Source of the DNA: a virus
Lineage: Duplodnaviria > Caudoviricetes
Length of the DNA: 40,599 bases
IMG/VR virus record: IMGVR_UViG_3300049070_000075
Span: 1-40,599 of that record
Strand: one strand, 5' to 3'
Of this stretch, positions 19,919 to 28,581 are shown in pieces. The position numbers and the translations under genes are program-made. Position 1 is the stretch's first letter. Every line of letters starts with the position of its first letter. The notes below the pieces were generated by a model that made no database searches, had not been told where the DNA came from, and saw nothing but the letters and a program-made list of their open reading frames with translations.

Positions 19919-20156
19919 TTAATCCTGCCTTCTGTCTAGCTAACAATTGCGCCAGTTCCCATACAAAGCTTTCTCTTTTTGTTCCAACAGGAAACAATGA
20001 GGGAATATCATTAGGGTAACGAATTTTATTAGAGCCTGTATAATCGTGTATTATTTGTCCTGTTTGACTATCTGTTACAAGGGTTTCAACTTCAAACACT
20101 AACTGACCGGCTGTATTAGTTATTAGATTAACTGTGAAATTTTGAAAATCTGCCAT
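19911..20156 (-). CDS. hypothetical protein, paralog of 19685..19918
   Basis: Shares M.D.Q.F...I.D(F/Y)TG.N.IR(F/Y)PN...KAGL with 19685..19918. Confidence 0.7.
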   Translation of the reverse strand: MADFQNFTVNLITNTAGQLVFEVETLVTDSQTGQIIHDYTGSNKIRYPNDIPSLFPVGTKRESFVWELAQLLARQKAGLNV

Positions 20157-21148
20157 TAGTATAAACTCTGATTTCCATTTGGTGATTTCTTATACTTATC
20201 AATCATTAGCTTAACTTCATTTGGCAATTGTGGAGGCATAATAATAACACCTGTAGAAGTAGCAATAGGTTGATCTATTTCTGGCCTACCTATATTTCCC
20301 GGCCTTCTGTAAGAGTAAGTAGCAAGAGCTAATATAGCTAATTTAATCTCTTCTTGTGGCCTATACACGTATATTCCAGTAGTAGAAGTCTGAGCCGTTG
20401 CGGTAGTTCCATTAACCCCCCTAATAATATTTAATGTTTGTGTACCATCAACATTTCTACCGATGATATAAAACATTTCACCATCATTACCAGTTCCAAA
20501 TCTGCAAAGCTGTTGCAATTGAAATCTAGGGGTAAAACCTTGCTCATCTACTCCATCAACATCTGCTACAGTTACAGAAGTAGCACTAGAGGTAATGTTA
20601 GATTGAACAGTATCAACTAATGCCCATGCCCCACTGTATTTTTCGTGATAACCCCACAAACCAGTTATAGAATTTGATTCCTGAGTAGTACCACTAAATA
20701 AAAATACGGTTTGACTACTATTTGATTTTAAGACCAATCTATCATAAGGTGGATAGTTATAATTTTCACCTGTCATCAAATAATAATTATCACTCGTTAT
20801 AGTTGTATCACCATTGTTAGTTGTAACAGTAATAGGAGCTAATAAATCGTCATCTAATTCAAGCATTGAGACGTTGACATGTCTAAGTGATACATTAGGA
20901 TAAAGCCCTATGTTGCCTCTTGCTCTCAAATAAGCAGGATATAAACCGCTTGTATCAGGATGATCGTAGTAGCGAGTTTCTTTTCTTGGAAAAAATCTTC
21001 TATTACACTCAGTATCAAAAGTTCTACTAGCCTGTATGCAAAACTTCATTATTTTTTGATCGTCTTTGACATGGAAATTGACTTGCTCTGTGGTAGTCAA
21101 ATATTCCTTAACCTCTTCCATTGTCGCATACACGCCATAGTCGGTCAT
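20156..21148 (-). CDS. head-tail connector/adaptor (gp6-like) with insertion
   Basis: YAT.EEVK.YL, ASR.FD..C.R.F, ITG.WGY, P.EIK.A...LA and LP..V...I..YK motifs; internal RGVNGTTA module. Confidence 0.8.
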   Translation of the reverse strand: MTDYGVYATMEEVKEYLTTTEQVNFHVKDDQKIMKFCIQASRTFDTECNRRFFPRKETRYYDHPDTSGLYPAYLRARGNIGLYPNVSLRHVNVSMLELDDDLLAPITVTTNNGDTTITSDNYYLMTGENYNYPPYDRLVLKSNSSQTVFLFSGTTQESNSITGLWGYHEKYSGAWALVDTVQSNITSSATSVTVADVDGVDEQGFTPRFQLQQLCRFGTGNDGEMFYIIGRNVDGTQTLNIIRGVNGTTATAQTSTTGIYVYRPQEEIKLAILALATYSYRRPGNIGRPEIDQPIATSTGVIIMPPQLPNEVKLMIDKYKKSPNGNQSLY

Positions 21149-21450
21149 TATTTCTTATTCTTCTTAGATTTTCGTTTTTCAGTTAAAAGTTCTGTTGCCT
21201 CAAAAGCCTGTTCTGGCTCTTTAACGTTAAAAAAGTTAGAAAGTTTTTCCTGTTTTTCTTCTGTGAAAACAATCTCTTCTGGTAATTCTTCCGGTTTAGA
21301 CATGGAAACTAAATTGAGAAAAACAAGTTGTTTAGCATACCAATCAGGAAAATTAACTTTTTCCCCTTTATGAAAATATTTTGATTTAACTTTACCAACA
21401 TTTGTTATTTCACTGATATAAAGACCTGGAATCACAATTATTACATCCAT
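21148..21450 (-). CDS. hypothetical protein following the capsid genes
   Basis: 100 aa; GEKV.FP...A..L motif then an E/K-rich tail. Confidence 0.65.
   Translation of the reverse strand: MDVIIVIPGLYISEITNVGKVKSKYFHKGEKVNFPDWYAKQLVFLNLVSMSKPEELPEEIVFTEEKQEKLSNFFNVKEPEQAFEATELLTEKRKSKKNKK
21220..21241 (+). repeat. dispersed 22-bp motif, copy 4 (exact, intragenic)
   Basis: Exact consensus on the plus strand; read as LSNFFNVK in the minus-strand ORF. Confidence 0.95.
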
Positions 21451-21452
21451 GA

Positions 21453-22010
21453 TTACCTCAATATTCCAAATAGATAAACGTTAGCAGTAGCTACACTTGC
21501 TACAAGGCCAGCCGTTTGAACATCAAATTTTATAGCTGAACTTCCTATATCAATACTCAATACAGTAGTCACTAAAGGGATAGTTAAAATCGTTCTGACT
21601 GTAGTTAAACCTGTGGTGGTAAACAATGGAGCTAAATTACTGAAAGTTCCATTATTTCCAATTCTCACAACGGGAACAGTTAAAACACCTGTAACAGCGG
21701 TTAACTCAATCATTGCTGAATAAGGAATAAAACTTAAAGCACTCGAAGTGGCTACTAAAGTTGTTTGACCTGTTGCCAGTAGATTTATTCCTGTTGCTCT
21801 CCAAACTCCAATAGTTTGTCCAAATTGAGCCAATTCGCCATTGGCATCTGCAACAACATTCAAATTACTTTGGACAGAATTAGTAATAGAAGTTGTCAAA
21901 CCTGGAATATCAATTTCATCAATAATATCTTGTTGAATTTGATCTATTGTTGACTGGCTAACTTCCTCAGTTATATTATTTGTTTGATTGTTAACAAAAC
22001 TAACAGGCAT
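21453..22010 (-). CDS. putative virion structural protein
   Basis: 185 aa with a beta-rich C-terminal domain; coupled ORF. Confidence 0.6.
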   Translation of the reverse strand: MPVSFVNNQTNNITEEVSQSTIDQIQQDIIDEIDIPGLTTSITNSVQSNLNVVADANGELAQFGQTIGVWRATGINLLATGQTTLVATSSALSFIPYSAMIELTAVTGVLTVPVVRIGNNGTFSNLAPLFTTTGLTTVRTILTIPLVTTVLSIDIGSSAIKFDVQTAGLVASVATANVYLFGILR

Positions 22011-22321
22011 TATTGATATTTTTCAAAACTTATAACAATTGTTGCATCACTACCACCTTCACGAATGAAGGATAGTTGTCTAATATTTCTATTACCTTCT
22101 ACAACTAAATTAGAATTTGAACCAAGATAAAATCCCAAACTTGCCGTAGGGGTTATTCCTGTCCAAGTAATCATTACCCCGGATGTTCTAGCAGTAATGT
22201 ATGCTCTATCGGCTGTTTCTACATCATTTACACCCCATGAAAAATCAGCGTGAGTTATTGCTTTAGCTGTATTGCTGATTGTTGCAGATTTAGTTTGATA
22301 CCCGACAGTTGTATTTATCAT
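22010..22321 (-). CDS. putative virion structural protein
   Basis: 103 aa; V..TW.G.TPTAS.G..L motif. Confidence 0.6.
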   Translation of the reverse strand: MINTTVGYQTKSATISNTAKAITHADFSWGVNDVETADRAYITARTSGVMITWTGITPTASLGFYLGSNSNLVVEGNRNIRQLSFIREGGSDATIVISFEKYQ

Positions 22322-22330
22322 ATCGTTACC

Positions 22331-22362
22331 TTAAAAGAGGGGAGTTAACTCCCCTCTTTTAA
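22331..22362. terminator. intrinsic terminator (perfect 32-bp palindrome)
   Basis: TTAAAAGAGGGGAGTTAACTCCCCTCTTTTAA downstream of the capsid-proximal genes. Confidence 0.85.
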
Positions 22363-22370
22363 TTAGAATT

Positions 22371-23222
22371 TTAGGGAGTACCTTTTATGCACCAAGTCAC
22401 GTTGACAGCATCACCTGAAGCTGTAGGAGTACCTGCTGTTGATTTCCAAACTTTCAGAGTAACAACCGCAGCACTATTTGTATAGGATACAATTTGATCT
22501 CCAATAGGGTCAGCCGCAAGATTGGCATTAACAAAAGTTGGAGTAGACAATCCATGAGGCGTAGTTGTTGCACTACCTGTAACAGATTGAGTACCACAAC
22601 TTTCTTTGATCGCACTACCATAACTGACAACTTGACCAGTAACCGCGCCAGCATTACCTACAGTAAATACAGGAGTAGCATTTTTAGAAACTACCACAAG
22701 ATTATGAGCCGATGCGCTATTAACATAGAATACAGGAGTAGCAGTAGCTAAAGCTGTAGGCCCTGCAACAACAGCATTAACATTGTTGACAGAACCACCA
22801 TTCAAAGTAACTAAACCCGATGCTGTAACATTTCCACCATCAACTATAGTAAATACAGGAGTCGAACTATCCCTAACTTCTAGCGGATTACTAACCCCAT
22901 CATTATTGATAAGCAAAGCAGGGGTAGAAGTACCAACCGCAGTAGGCGCATTGATAACCATATTAGAGCTATTGGTCATACCACCCGCAAAGGTAACTGT
23001 AGCACCGGCTTGGACATCAAGAATACTACCTGATAAAAATTCGTATTCACAACCAGAAGCAGCAACAGCTTTGTTACCACCTTGAAGCAAATAACATTTG
23101 ACATTTTGAGCGATGGCAGGGTAATTAACAATAATCACAAAAACACTTACAAGAGCAATTACGTTAACTATTTTACCCCAATGTTGTTTTAGAATATTTT
23201 TAATCATTTGATTATCCTGCAA
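22371..23222 (-). CDS. putative head fibre/decoration protein with N-terminal hydrophobic segment and internal duplication
   Basis: Signal-like IVNVIALVSVFVIIVNYPAIA; two PTA..T.TP...TPVFT(I/V)...G.VT repeats; C-terminal HGL..P domain. Confidence 0.6.
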   Translation of the reverse strand: MQDNQMIKNILKQHWGKIVNVIALVSVFVIIVNYPAIAQNVKCYLLQGGNKAVAASGCEYEFLSGSILDVQAGATVTFAGGMTNSSNMVINAPTAVGTSTPALLINNDGVSNPLEVRDSSTPVFTIVDGGNVTASGLVTLNGGSVNNVNAVVAGPTALATATPVFYVNSASAHNLVVVSKNATPVFTVGNAGAVTGQVVSYGSAIKESCGTQSVTGSATTTPHGLSTPTFVNANLAADPIGDQIVSYTNSAAVVTLKVWKSTAGTPTASGDAVNVTWCIKGTP

Positions 23223-23661
23223 TCAAAACATGGGCGCTATAATTAGCATGTTGGGTAACAGGAACATTCCGAGCATTCCAACCTTCAAAAACTACACAAA
23301 GGTAATCATTACCACCTGCAGCACCAGAAACAGCAAGAGTAACATAACGGAAATTGTTATTGATATCCAACTTTGCAGTTTCAACTTCGATGATAACCCA
23401 TTCGTTATCATCAGAAGTCCCAACAGTTACAGTCGCGCCAGTAACATCTTTGATGCTGGCTGTTTCAGTTGCAGAAGTATCCTGTTTAACCTGGCAAGTC
23501 AAAGCACTATCGAGCGTACCAGCAAAAATCTTGAAACAGAAATGCGTAAATTCTGAGGTATCAATGTAAGCCGTACTCGCCGGGAAATTTCCGTCAACCG
23601 CAGCCGTATTAAAATTGTTACATTTGAGAGTATAAACATTTTCGTATTGATTGTTTCTCAT
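23212..23661 (-). CDS. putative capsid decoration protein
   Basis: Immediately after MCP; YIDTS.F...FRYV.L...PV.Q pattern. Confidence 0.6.
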   Translation of the reverse strand: MRNNQYENVYTLKCNNFNTAAVDGNFPASTAYIDTSEFTHFCFKIFAGTLDSALTCQVKQDTSATETASIKDVTGATVTVGTSDDNEWVIIEVETAKLDINNNFRYVTLAVSGAAGGNDYLCVVFEGWNARNVPVTQHANYSAHVLIAG

Positions 23662-23686
23662 TTTATATTTTTCCTTTATTCAATTA

Positions 23687-25180
23687 TTAGGAAGCAGCAA
23701 CTTTAACAGCTACTAACGTCCAAGGCATAGTTAACTGCCCACCAATACGGAACTTCATTTCATAGGTGATGGTATTAGTTCCGGCTTGAGTATCATAACG
23801 TTGAACAGTCATACCAAGTCTATCGACAATTTGATAACCTTCTGGATTACCAAAAAGAATAGGATAGGCGTTGGCTGCAATGTCCGGCATAATTTCCTGC
23901 TCTAAAGTTTTATAACCCCTGAGAGTACCAGGCAATCCAGCGGCATTATTACCCCTCATTTCAGTCCAAAGATAATTACCAGTTCCATCTTGGAGCATCG
24001 AAAGAGCCAAATAAGTATCTTTATTGGCAATCCAAACTGAGCCATCTTTGTATTGAGAATCGATTCCGAAAATAGCTCTTAAAACACCATTGAAAGTCAT
24101 TGCTGAAGCATCGCCAGTAACAACACTAGCTAGACCAGCAGCTAAACCAGTACCACCAGGCAAAACACCTTGAGGTTTGCCTGAACCATTGCCAACCAAG
24201 AAAGCATTATCTTCAGCGATAGTTTTTGCTTTAGAGAATTTATCAATGATGTAGGTTGAAAGATTAAAAGCACTATCTTCCAAAAGATTTTTACTCATTG
24301 GAACAGTAGCCATTGCCGTATGAACAGCAATGTCTTTTAACCCAAAAGTAGAATTAGTTTCACTTACAGAGGCGGCGGATGGAGTTTCGTCAACCCAGGT
24401 AATTCTAACCCCATCTACATATTGACTATCCCCACCTGTAGCAGTAGGCAATTGCACACGATCCCGTGAAGTGTTCATTTGTTGCGCTCTACCACGCATA
24501 ACTACCATTCCCGGTTTACGTTCGATAATCCGAGTTTGGTAATCAACAGGAACAGTGATACCACCAAGCGTATCAATAGCCTCAACCATTGTTGATTTCA
24601 AAAATGCAACATCAGCCCCATTCTTAATAGCTTCCTTAATCCATTCGGGGGTAAGAATAACTTGGTGTAGTAAGTCCAATCCCTTAGCAGAAATGAGCCT
24701 ATCCTTACCACGCATATAGAGATTAAAAGCTTTGATTTGTTCGTTCCTATCATCTTCGTAAGATGCGCCATACAAATCCTTAATTACGGATTTGGTAGCA
24801 GGATCATAGTCACCATATCGAAGTTGATAAACAGCCTTATTAGCATCATTCTGTTCTGGCTGAGGGACATTGACTAAAGTTCCGTCAACAGGAGCATAAG
24901 AAGGCATAGAAGCAGGTAGAACGGCTTTAGATTTCTCAGTTAATTCCTTTTCAAGCCGATTGACTTCCACTTCATTATCGTTAACTCGCTCTTGAGCCAT
25001 TGTCTTTTGCTGTTTAAGAATTTCCATTTTGCCTTTGACGGCATCCAATTCTTCTACAGTTACAGCTTTGATACTCTCATCGTACAAACCATCAAACTTA
25101 GTATTGATTTCCTGAAGTGCTTTTTTAGCATTGTTATAACGTTGCTTTGCTTCTTCAAGAAGTCGTTTCACTTCATCCAT
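23687..25180 (-). CDS. major capsid protein, HK97 fold, with N-terminal coiled-coil delta domain
   Basis: GG.TVP.D...IIE, WVDE, S.NLLEDSAFNL..YI, ED.AFL.GNG.GKPQG, L.DG.G.YLW, ILFGN and R.GG motifs. Confidence 0.95.
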   Translation of the reverse strand: MDEVKRLLEEAKQRYNNAKKALQEINTKFDGLYDESIKAVTVEELDAVKGKMEILKQQKTMAQERVNDNEVEVNRLEKELTEKSKAVLPASMPSYAPVDGTLVNVPQPEQNDANKAVYQLRYGDYDPATKSVIKDLYGASYEDDRNEQIKAFNLYMRGKDRLISAKGLDLLHQVILTPEWIKEAIKNGADVAFLKSTMVEAIDTLGGITVPVDYQTRIIERKPGMVVMRGRAQQMNTSRDRVQLPTATGGDSQYVDGVRITWVDETPSAASVSETNSTFGLKDIAVHTAMATVPMSKNLLEDSAFNLSTYIIDKFSKAKTIAEDNAFLVGNGSGKPQGVLPGGTGLAAGLASVVTGDASAMTFNGVLRAIFGIDSQYKDGSVWIANKDTYLALSMLQDGTGNYLWTEMRGNNAAGLPGTLRGYKTLEQEIMPDIAANAYPILFGNPEGYQIVDRLGMTVQRYDTQAGTNTITYEMKFRIGGQLTMPWTLVAVKVAAS

Positions 25181-25182
25181 TT

Positions 25183-26685
25183 CTAAACGAACTCCTTTTG
25201 TAATTCTAGTTGAATTTGTAATTGTTTCTTTTTGAAGATTTGAGTTTCTAACTCTTTATCTAGTTCAATTCCAAGTGCTTTTAAGGCAATTAGATGATTT
25301 TCATTTAACATTCTCGGTTCCATAGGCATTACTGTCAATGTATCTCTTTTCAAAGGCCATTTAATAATCTGCCCATTAGAACCTTTTACTACCCCACTAG
25401 AAACGGCTTCAGATGAATTACCAATCAACCCATCTTTTATTAAACCTTCTAGCATTTTTATATATTTATTTCTACGGTTGAGTACTCTTTCGACCCATAA
25501 ACCTTTTGCATCAATCTTAGCAGTAGACCAATCTACATAACCCAAAACGTCATCTTTCTTAGGACTTTCAGGATCATTATCAAAGCCATGCTCCCAATCT
25601 ACTGCTAAGACCCCCATTGCTTTTGTATAGTCACTTTCAAATTCAGTCTCAGGAGTAAAATATTCACCTTTTGAACCATCTTTGTTTTTTTGTGAATTAA
25701 TTACACCTGTTAAATCTTTACCATGCCAAACTACTATCCTATTGCCAACAACTAAACTATCCTCATCTTCTCTAAGAGCTTTTAGAGAGTTGTTTTCGTC
25801 TAATGGAAATTCATCGGCCATTTCTCTATAGGCATCAAAGAGAGAAGAATTTTCTATTGTTTCAGCAGGTATTGATTTTTCCTCTTCCCCAGTTTCTTCT
25901 ACCACATGACCTAATGCAATAGCAGCATCTTTGATGCTATTAGCATTAGTATAAATGTCTCTCAGGAGGCTATTGTCAGATTGAGAGTGTCTAGCACCGG
26001 CTTTGATAGGGGTAAATGTATCGTATGGCACATAGGGAGAGGAGTAGTCATCACAAACATAGCCAGTATCATAAATAAAGGAGTACAGATTACAATAGCC
26101 ATCCTGAGAGAAGAAACAGTTATCACATTTGATAGTTCCCTCAGACAAGTGATAATTGGGAGGATTTTCATCACCTTTACCAAGGGGGAATTTGTAGGTA
26201 TCTTGTCCTAATTGAAGATAGAGAAATGGAAATGTAACTGATTGGGGTTCAAATGTATCAAATGGATTACCTGAATCACCAGGGATGTAAGAGAGAGTAA
26301 CATGAGGAATAAAGCCATGAGTAGGTTCATTATAAATACCTACATCATAAAGAGTTTGGCATAATTGAAATCTAAAAGTAAATAATTTAGTGCTATCTAC
26401 TGCTAAACAAAAAGCGTTATTATCTTCATTACAAAAGCGAATAACTCCATTTAGACTAGCTTCTATAGGTGTTTGCCATGCTGAGAAATTAGCTAGTGCG
26501 GCAACAAGTAGATTTACATCTTTGACATCTGAGGTTTTACCGAGATAAACTAAAGTACAATGTAAATCATCTTGGGGTAATCCACCTTCAATAGCCAATG
26601 GTAAATCATCTGGCACGTATAGGCAGATCATAACGCTATCAGAGAAATCTTGTAGTGCTTTTGTGGTTAAAGTGTATCTAGTCAT
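25183..26685 (-). CDS. fusion of 2H phosphoesterase (2'-5' RNA ligase-like), Cys4 HiPIP-like segment and prohead protease
   Basis: HxT motifs LHCTL and PHVTL; CDNC-x7-C-x12-C; C-terminal GEYF, DWEHG, GLWVE, GNSS, WPL and T.MPMEPR motifs; directly upstream of MCP. Confidence 0.8.
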   Translation of the reverse strand: MTRYTLTTKALQDFSDSVMICLYVPDDLPLAIEGGLPQDDLHCTLVYLGKTSDVKDVNLLVAALANFSAWQTPIEASLNGVIRFCNEDNNAFCLAVDSTKLFTFRFQLCQTLYDVGIYNEPTHGFIPHVTLSYIPGDSGNPFDTFEPQSVTFPFLYLQLGQDTYKFPLGKGDENPPNYHLSEGTIKCDNCFFSQDGYCNLYSFIYDTGYVCDDYSSPYVPYDTFTPIKAGARHSQSDNSLLRDIYTNANSIKDAAIALGHVVEETGEEEKSIPAETIENSSLFDAYREMADEFPLDENNSLKALREDEDSLVVGNRIVVWHGKDLTGVINSQKNKDGSKGEYFTPETEFESDYTKAMGVLAVDWEHGFDNDPESPKKDDVLGYVDWSTAKIDAKGLWVERVLNRRNKYIKMLEGLIKDGLIGNSSEAVSSGVVKGSNGQIIKWPLKRDTLTVMPMEPRMLNENHLIALKALGIELDKELETQIFKKKQLQIQLELQKEFV

Positions 26686-26700
26686 CTAGTACCAGAAAAC

Positions 26701-26940
26701 AAAAAAGGCTTACCAATTGGTAAGCCTTTTGTATCTAACGTTTCAAAAGTTCGGGATATAATGTTATCCCTGACAAACTTTTATTTTATTTTTAGTGCGG
26801 TTTTTCGATTAGGATATACCGCTAAACCTGTTCATTTGTTAAGGCACAAATTTACAAAAGCCTGGTTAAGGAGGAAGATAAATTTCTATACCCAACAGTG
26901 AAAGAGATTTTCCAAAAGTTCCAGAAAAGGTATAGTTACA
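26701..26940 (-). ncRNA. candidate structured small RNA / attenuator leader (~240 nt)
   Basis: Bounded by a near-consensus promoter and a terminator; no substantial ORF; several hairpins. Confidence 0.5.
26703..26730 (-). terminator. intrinsic terminator
   Basis: Perfect palindrome AAAAGGCTTACCAATTGGTAAGCCTTTT; T6GT4 follows the stem on the minus strand. Confidence 0.85.
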
Positions 26941-26946
26941 TAAGTT

Positions 26947-26975
26947 ATTTTACTTTATTTTTAATGATATGTCAA
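26947..26975 (-). promoter_or_regulatory. sigma70-type promoter
   Basis: TTGACA (26975-26970), 17 bp, TAAAAT (26952-26947). Confidence 0.75.
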
Positions 26976-27292
26976 GTAGTTAATTTATTTATATCAAAAT
27001 TTACCCAGTCTATAAAACTATCCTTATATCTTATAAACATATAAACTTGACCATTATCCCCAATGATAACAAATCTTATATCACAACAAAGATCAATATC
27101 TTTTAATTCTTGGTGTATACTCTCCCATTCTAAACCAGGCCCTAAAGAACCAACTTTACCAGCAATAACTCTAACCTCATCAATTTGTCTACCTGTTAAA
27201 TACTTATCCGACTGGCAAAGAATTGGTTTCAATTTCTCAAAACATTCTTTACAATAAATGTATTCTGTCACAAAAGAACTACGCTCACTCAT
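26972..27292 (-). CDS. hypothetical protein (CxxC)
   Basis: 106-aa ORF with SD GGGAGG. Confidence 0.7.
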   Translation of the reverse strand: MSERSSFVTEYIYCKECFEKLKPILCQSDKYLTGRQIDEVRVIAGKVGSLGPGLEWESIHQELKDIDLCCDIRFVIIGDNGQVYMFIRYKDSFIDWVNFDINKLTT

Positions 27293-27316
27293 TACAATCT
27301 ACCTCCCATCAATATG

Positions 27317-27652
27317 TTAAGATGTAATCCCTTCTTTATCAAACATAACGGATATATTTCCTATAGTTTGTTCTTTAGGAATAGTAAATCTATACCAACC
27401 ATTATTATTTGTAGTTGTCCAATTACCATTACTGCTTGTGGTTGTCCAATTAGTAAATAAATGACTACCAACTTCATCATTCATCCACTTCTCAACATTT
27501 ACCACACTATCATCTTCAATATCAGAATATTCATATTTTCCATGAATATTTTCCTCAGTTATTTGAGATGCTAATTTTTCATCAACCAACATCAAAGCCG
27601 GTAAGAGTGCTAATGATTGCACAAATGTTTTTAAGAATGTTCGCCTGTTCAT
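27317..27652 (-). CDS. hypothetical protein with twin-arginine (Tat-like) N-terminus
   Basis: MNRRTFLK followed by a hydrophobic stretch; SD AGGGGA. Confidence 0.65.
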   Translation of the reverse strand: MNRRTFLKTFVQSLALLPALMLVDEKLASQITEENIHGKYEYSDIEDDSVVNVEKWMNDEVGSHLFTNWTTTSSNGNWTTTNNNGWYRFTIPKEQTIGNISVMFDKEGITS

Positions 27653-27662
27653 CTATTCCCCC

Positions 27663-27684
27663 TTTAACGTTAAAAAAGTTAGAA
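27663..27684 (+). repeat. dispersed 22-bp motif, copy 5 (exact)
   Basis: Exact consensus; overlaps the stop codon of 27679..27885. Confidence 0.95.
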
Positions 27685-27885
27685 AATATTTAGCTTTTCT
27701 TCAGGTCCAATAGGAGCATCAATAAACCTGATAGTAAAACTGTCAGTAGTCCATTCAACTATAGCAGTTACTTTACCATTTCTATTAAACTCTTGTCTCA
27801 TCCTAAAAAGTAGTTTTCTCTCTGATAAAGTAGCTTTAACATTACAATTTCTTCGTTTGTCTATTTGCTGTTGTGTTATTTCCAT
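27679..27885 (-). CDS. hypothetical protein
   Basis: 68-aa ORF overlapping the upstream ORF. Confidence 0.6.
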   Translation of the reverse strand: MEITQQQIDKRRNCNVKATLSERKLLFRMRQEFNRNGKVTAIVEWTTDSFTIRFIDAPIGPEEKLNIF

Positions 27886-28073
27886 ACTTTATCGGCATCC
27901 ATTTCCCATTCTTCAAAATAAATCGCATAACTAGAATCTCTAGCTTTTAATTCCTCTCCTATTTCTTCTGCTTGTTCTCTGGTATAGACTACTGCTTTAA
28001 CTTCTTTTAATTCTATTTCCATTCCCCACCAAATAGTTTTAACCAAATAAACTATCCAAACTCTATCCCTCAT
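27876..28073 (-). CDS. hypothetical protein
   Basis: 65 aa; VW.VY...AVV.TREQAEE pattern common in small phage proteins. Confidence 0.65.
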   Translation of the reverse strand: MRDRVWIVYLVKTIWWGMEIELKEVKAVVYTREQAEEIGEELKARDSSYAIYFEEWEMDADKVWK

Positions 28074-28230
28074 TTCTTATTGTCCATCTGTCTTAAACAT
28101 TTAGGGCAATATATCCTCTCTCCAATTCTTTCCCATCCTTTTTGTTTCATCTGCCAACTTTCAATAACTAATTCAATCGAGCTATCTACTTCTGTTAATT
28201 GTAATTATGACAAGTAATATAACTAGGCAT
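28070..28230 (-). pseudogene. frameshifted small zinc-ribbon-like gene
   Basis: MPSYITCHNYN* followed in another frame by QLTEVD...GWERIGERIYCPKC...KK*. The span is 161 nt, with a good SD and an ATGA overlap with the next gene. Confidence 0.6.
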
Positions 28231-28240
28231 TATTCCTCTC

Positions 28241-28504
28241 CTATATATAAATGTTCATTTCCTCATCAAGCCAAGTTAAGAACTGTTTTATATCTTCTAT
28301 CCCATAACCTTGTTCAATCATATCATCGGTTAAATATGTTCTGGCATATTTAGATAGAATTGTAGTTAATGATTTATCATCTAACCCATTAAGATAATCT
28401 TTAATCTGTTGTTTTAACCTATCATTCTTAATACCACTATCAACAGAACCTAAATCATACGCCATTAAACCATCTATATTTTCAAATAATTCTTGCTCAT
28501 CCAT
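28241..28504 (-). CDS. hypothetical protein
   Basis: 87-aa acidic ORF with SD. Confidence 0.7.
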   Translation of the reverse strand: MDEQELFENIDGLMAYDLGSVDSGIKNDRLKQQIKDYLNGLDDKSLTTILSKYARTYLTDDMIEQGYGIEDIKQFLTWLDEEMNIYI

Positions 28505-28581
28505 CCCCTATACCTCTTATATAATGTTTTTAGTTTTCTCTGTCTTTTATCGAACTTATAACAAGCTGTAAATTTATTCAT
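28474..28581 (-). CDS. possible 35-aa basic peptide (not in the ORF track)
   Basis: MNKFTACYKFDKRQRKLKTLYKRYRGWMSKNYLKI fills the gap and overlaps both neighbours. Confidence 0.35.
   Translation of the reverse strand: MNKFTACYKFDKRQRKLKTLYKRYRGWMSKNYLKI

Noticed and set aside
26734-26755. Possible extra copy of the 22-bp motif (TCTAACGTTTCAAAAGTTCGGG)
   Set aside because: Six mismatches, and its AAAAGTTC part is already explained as a stem of the candidate RNA.
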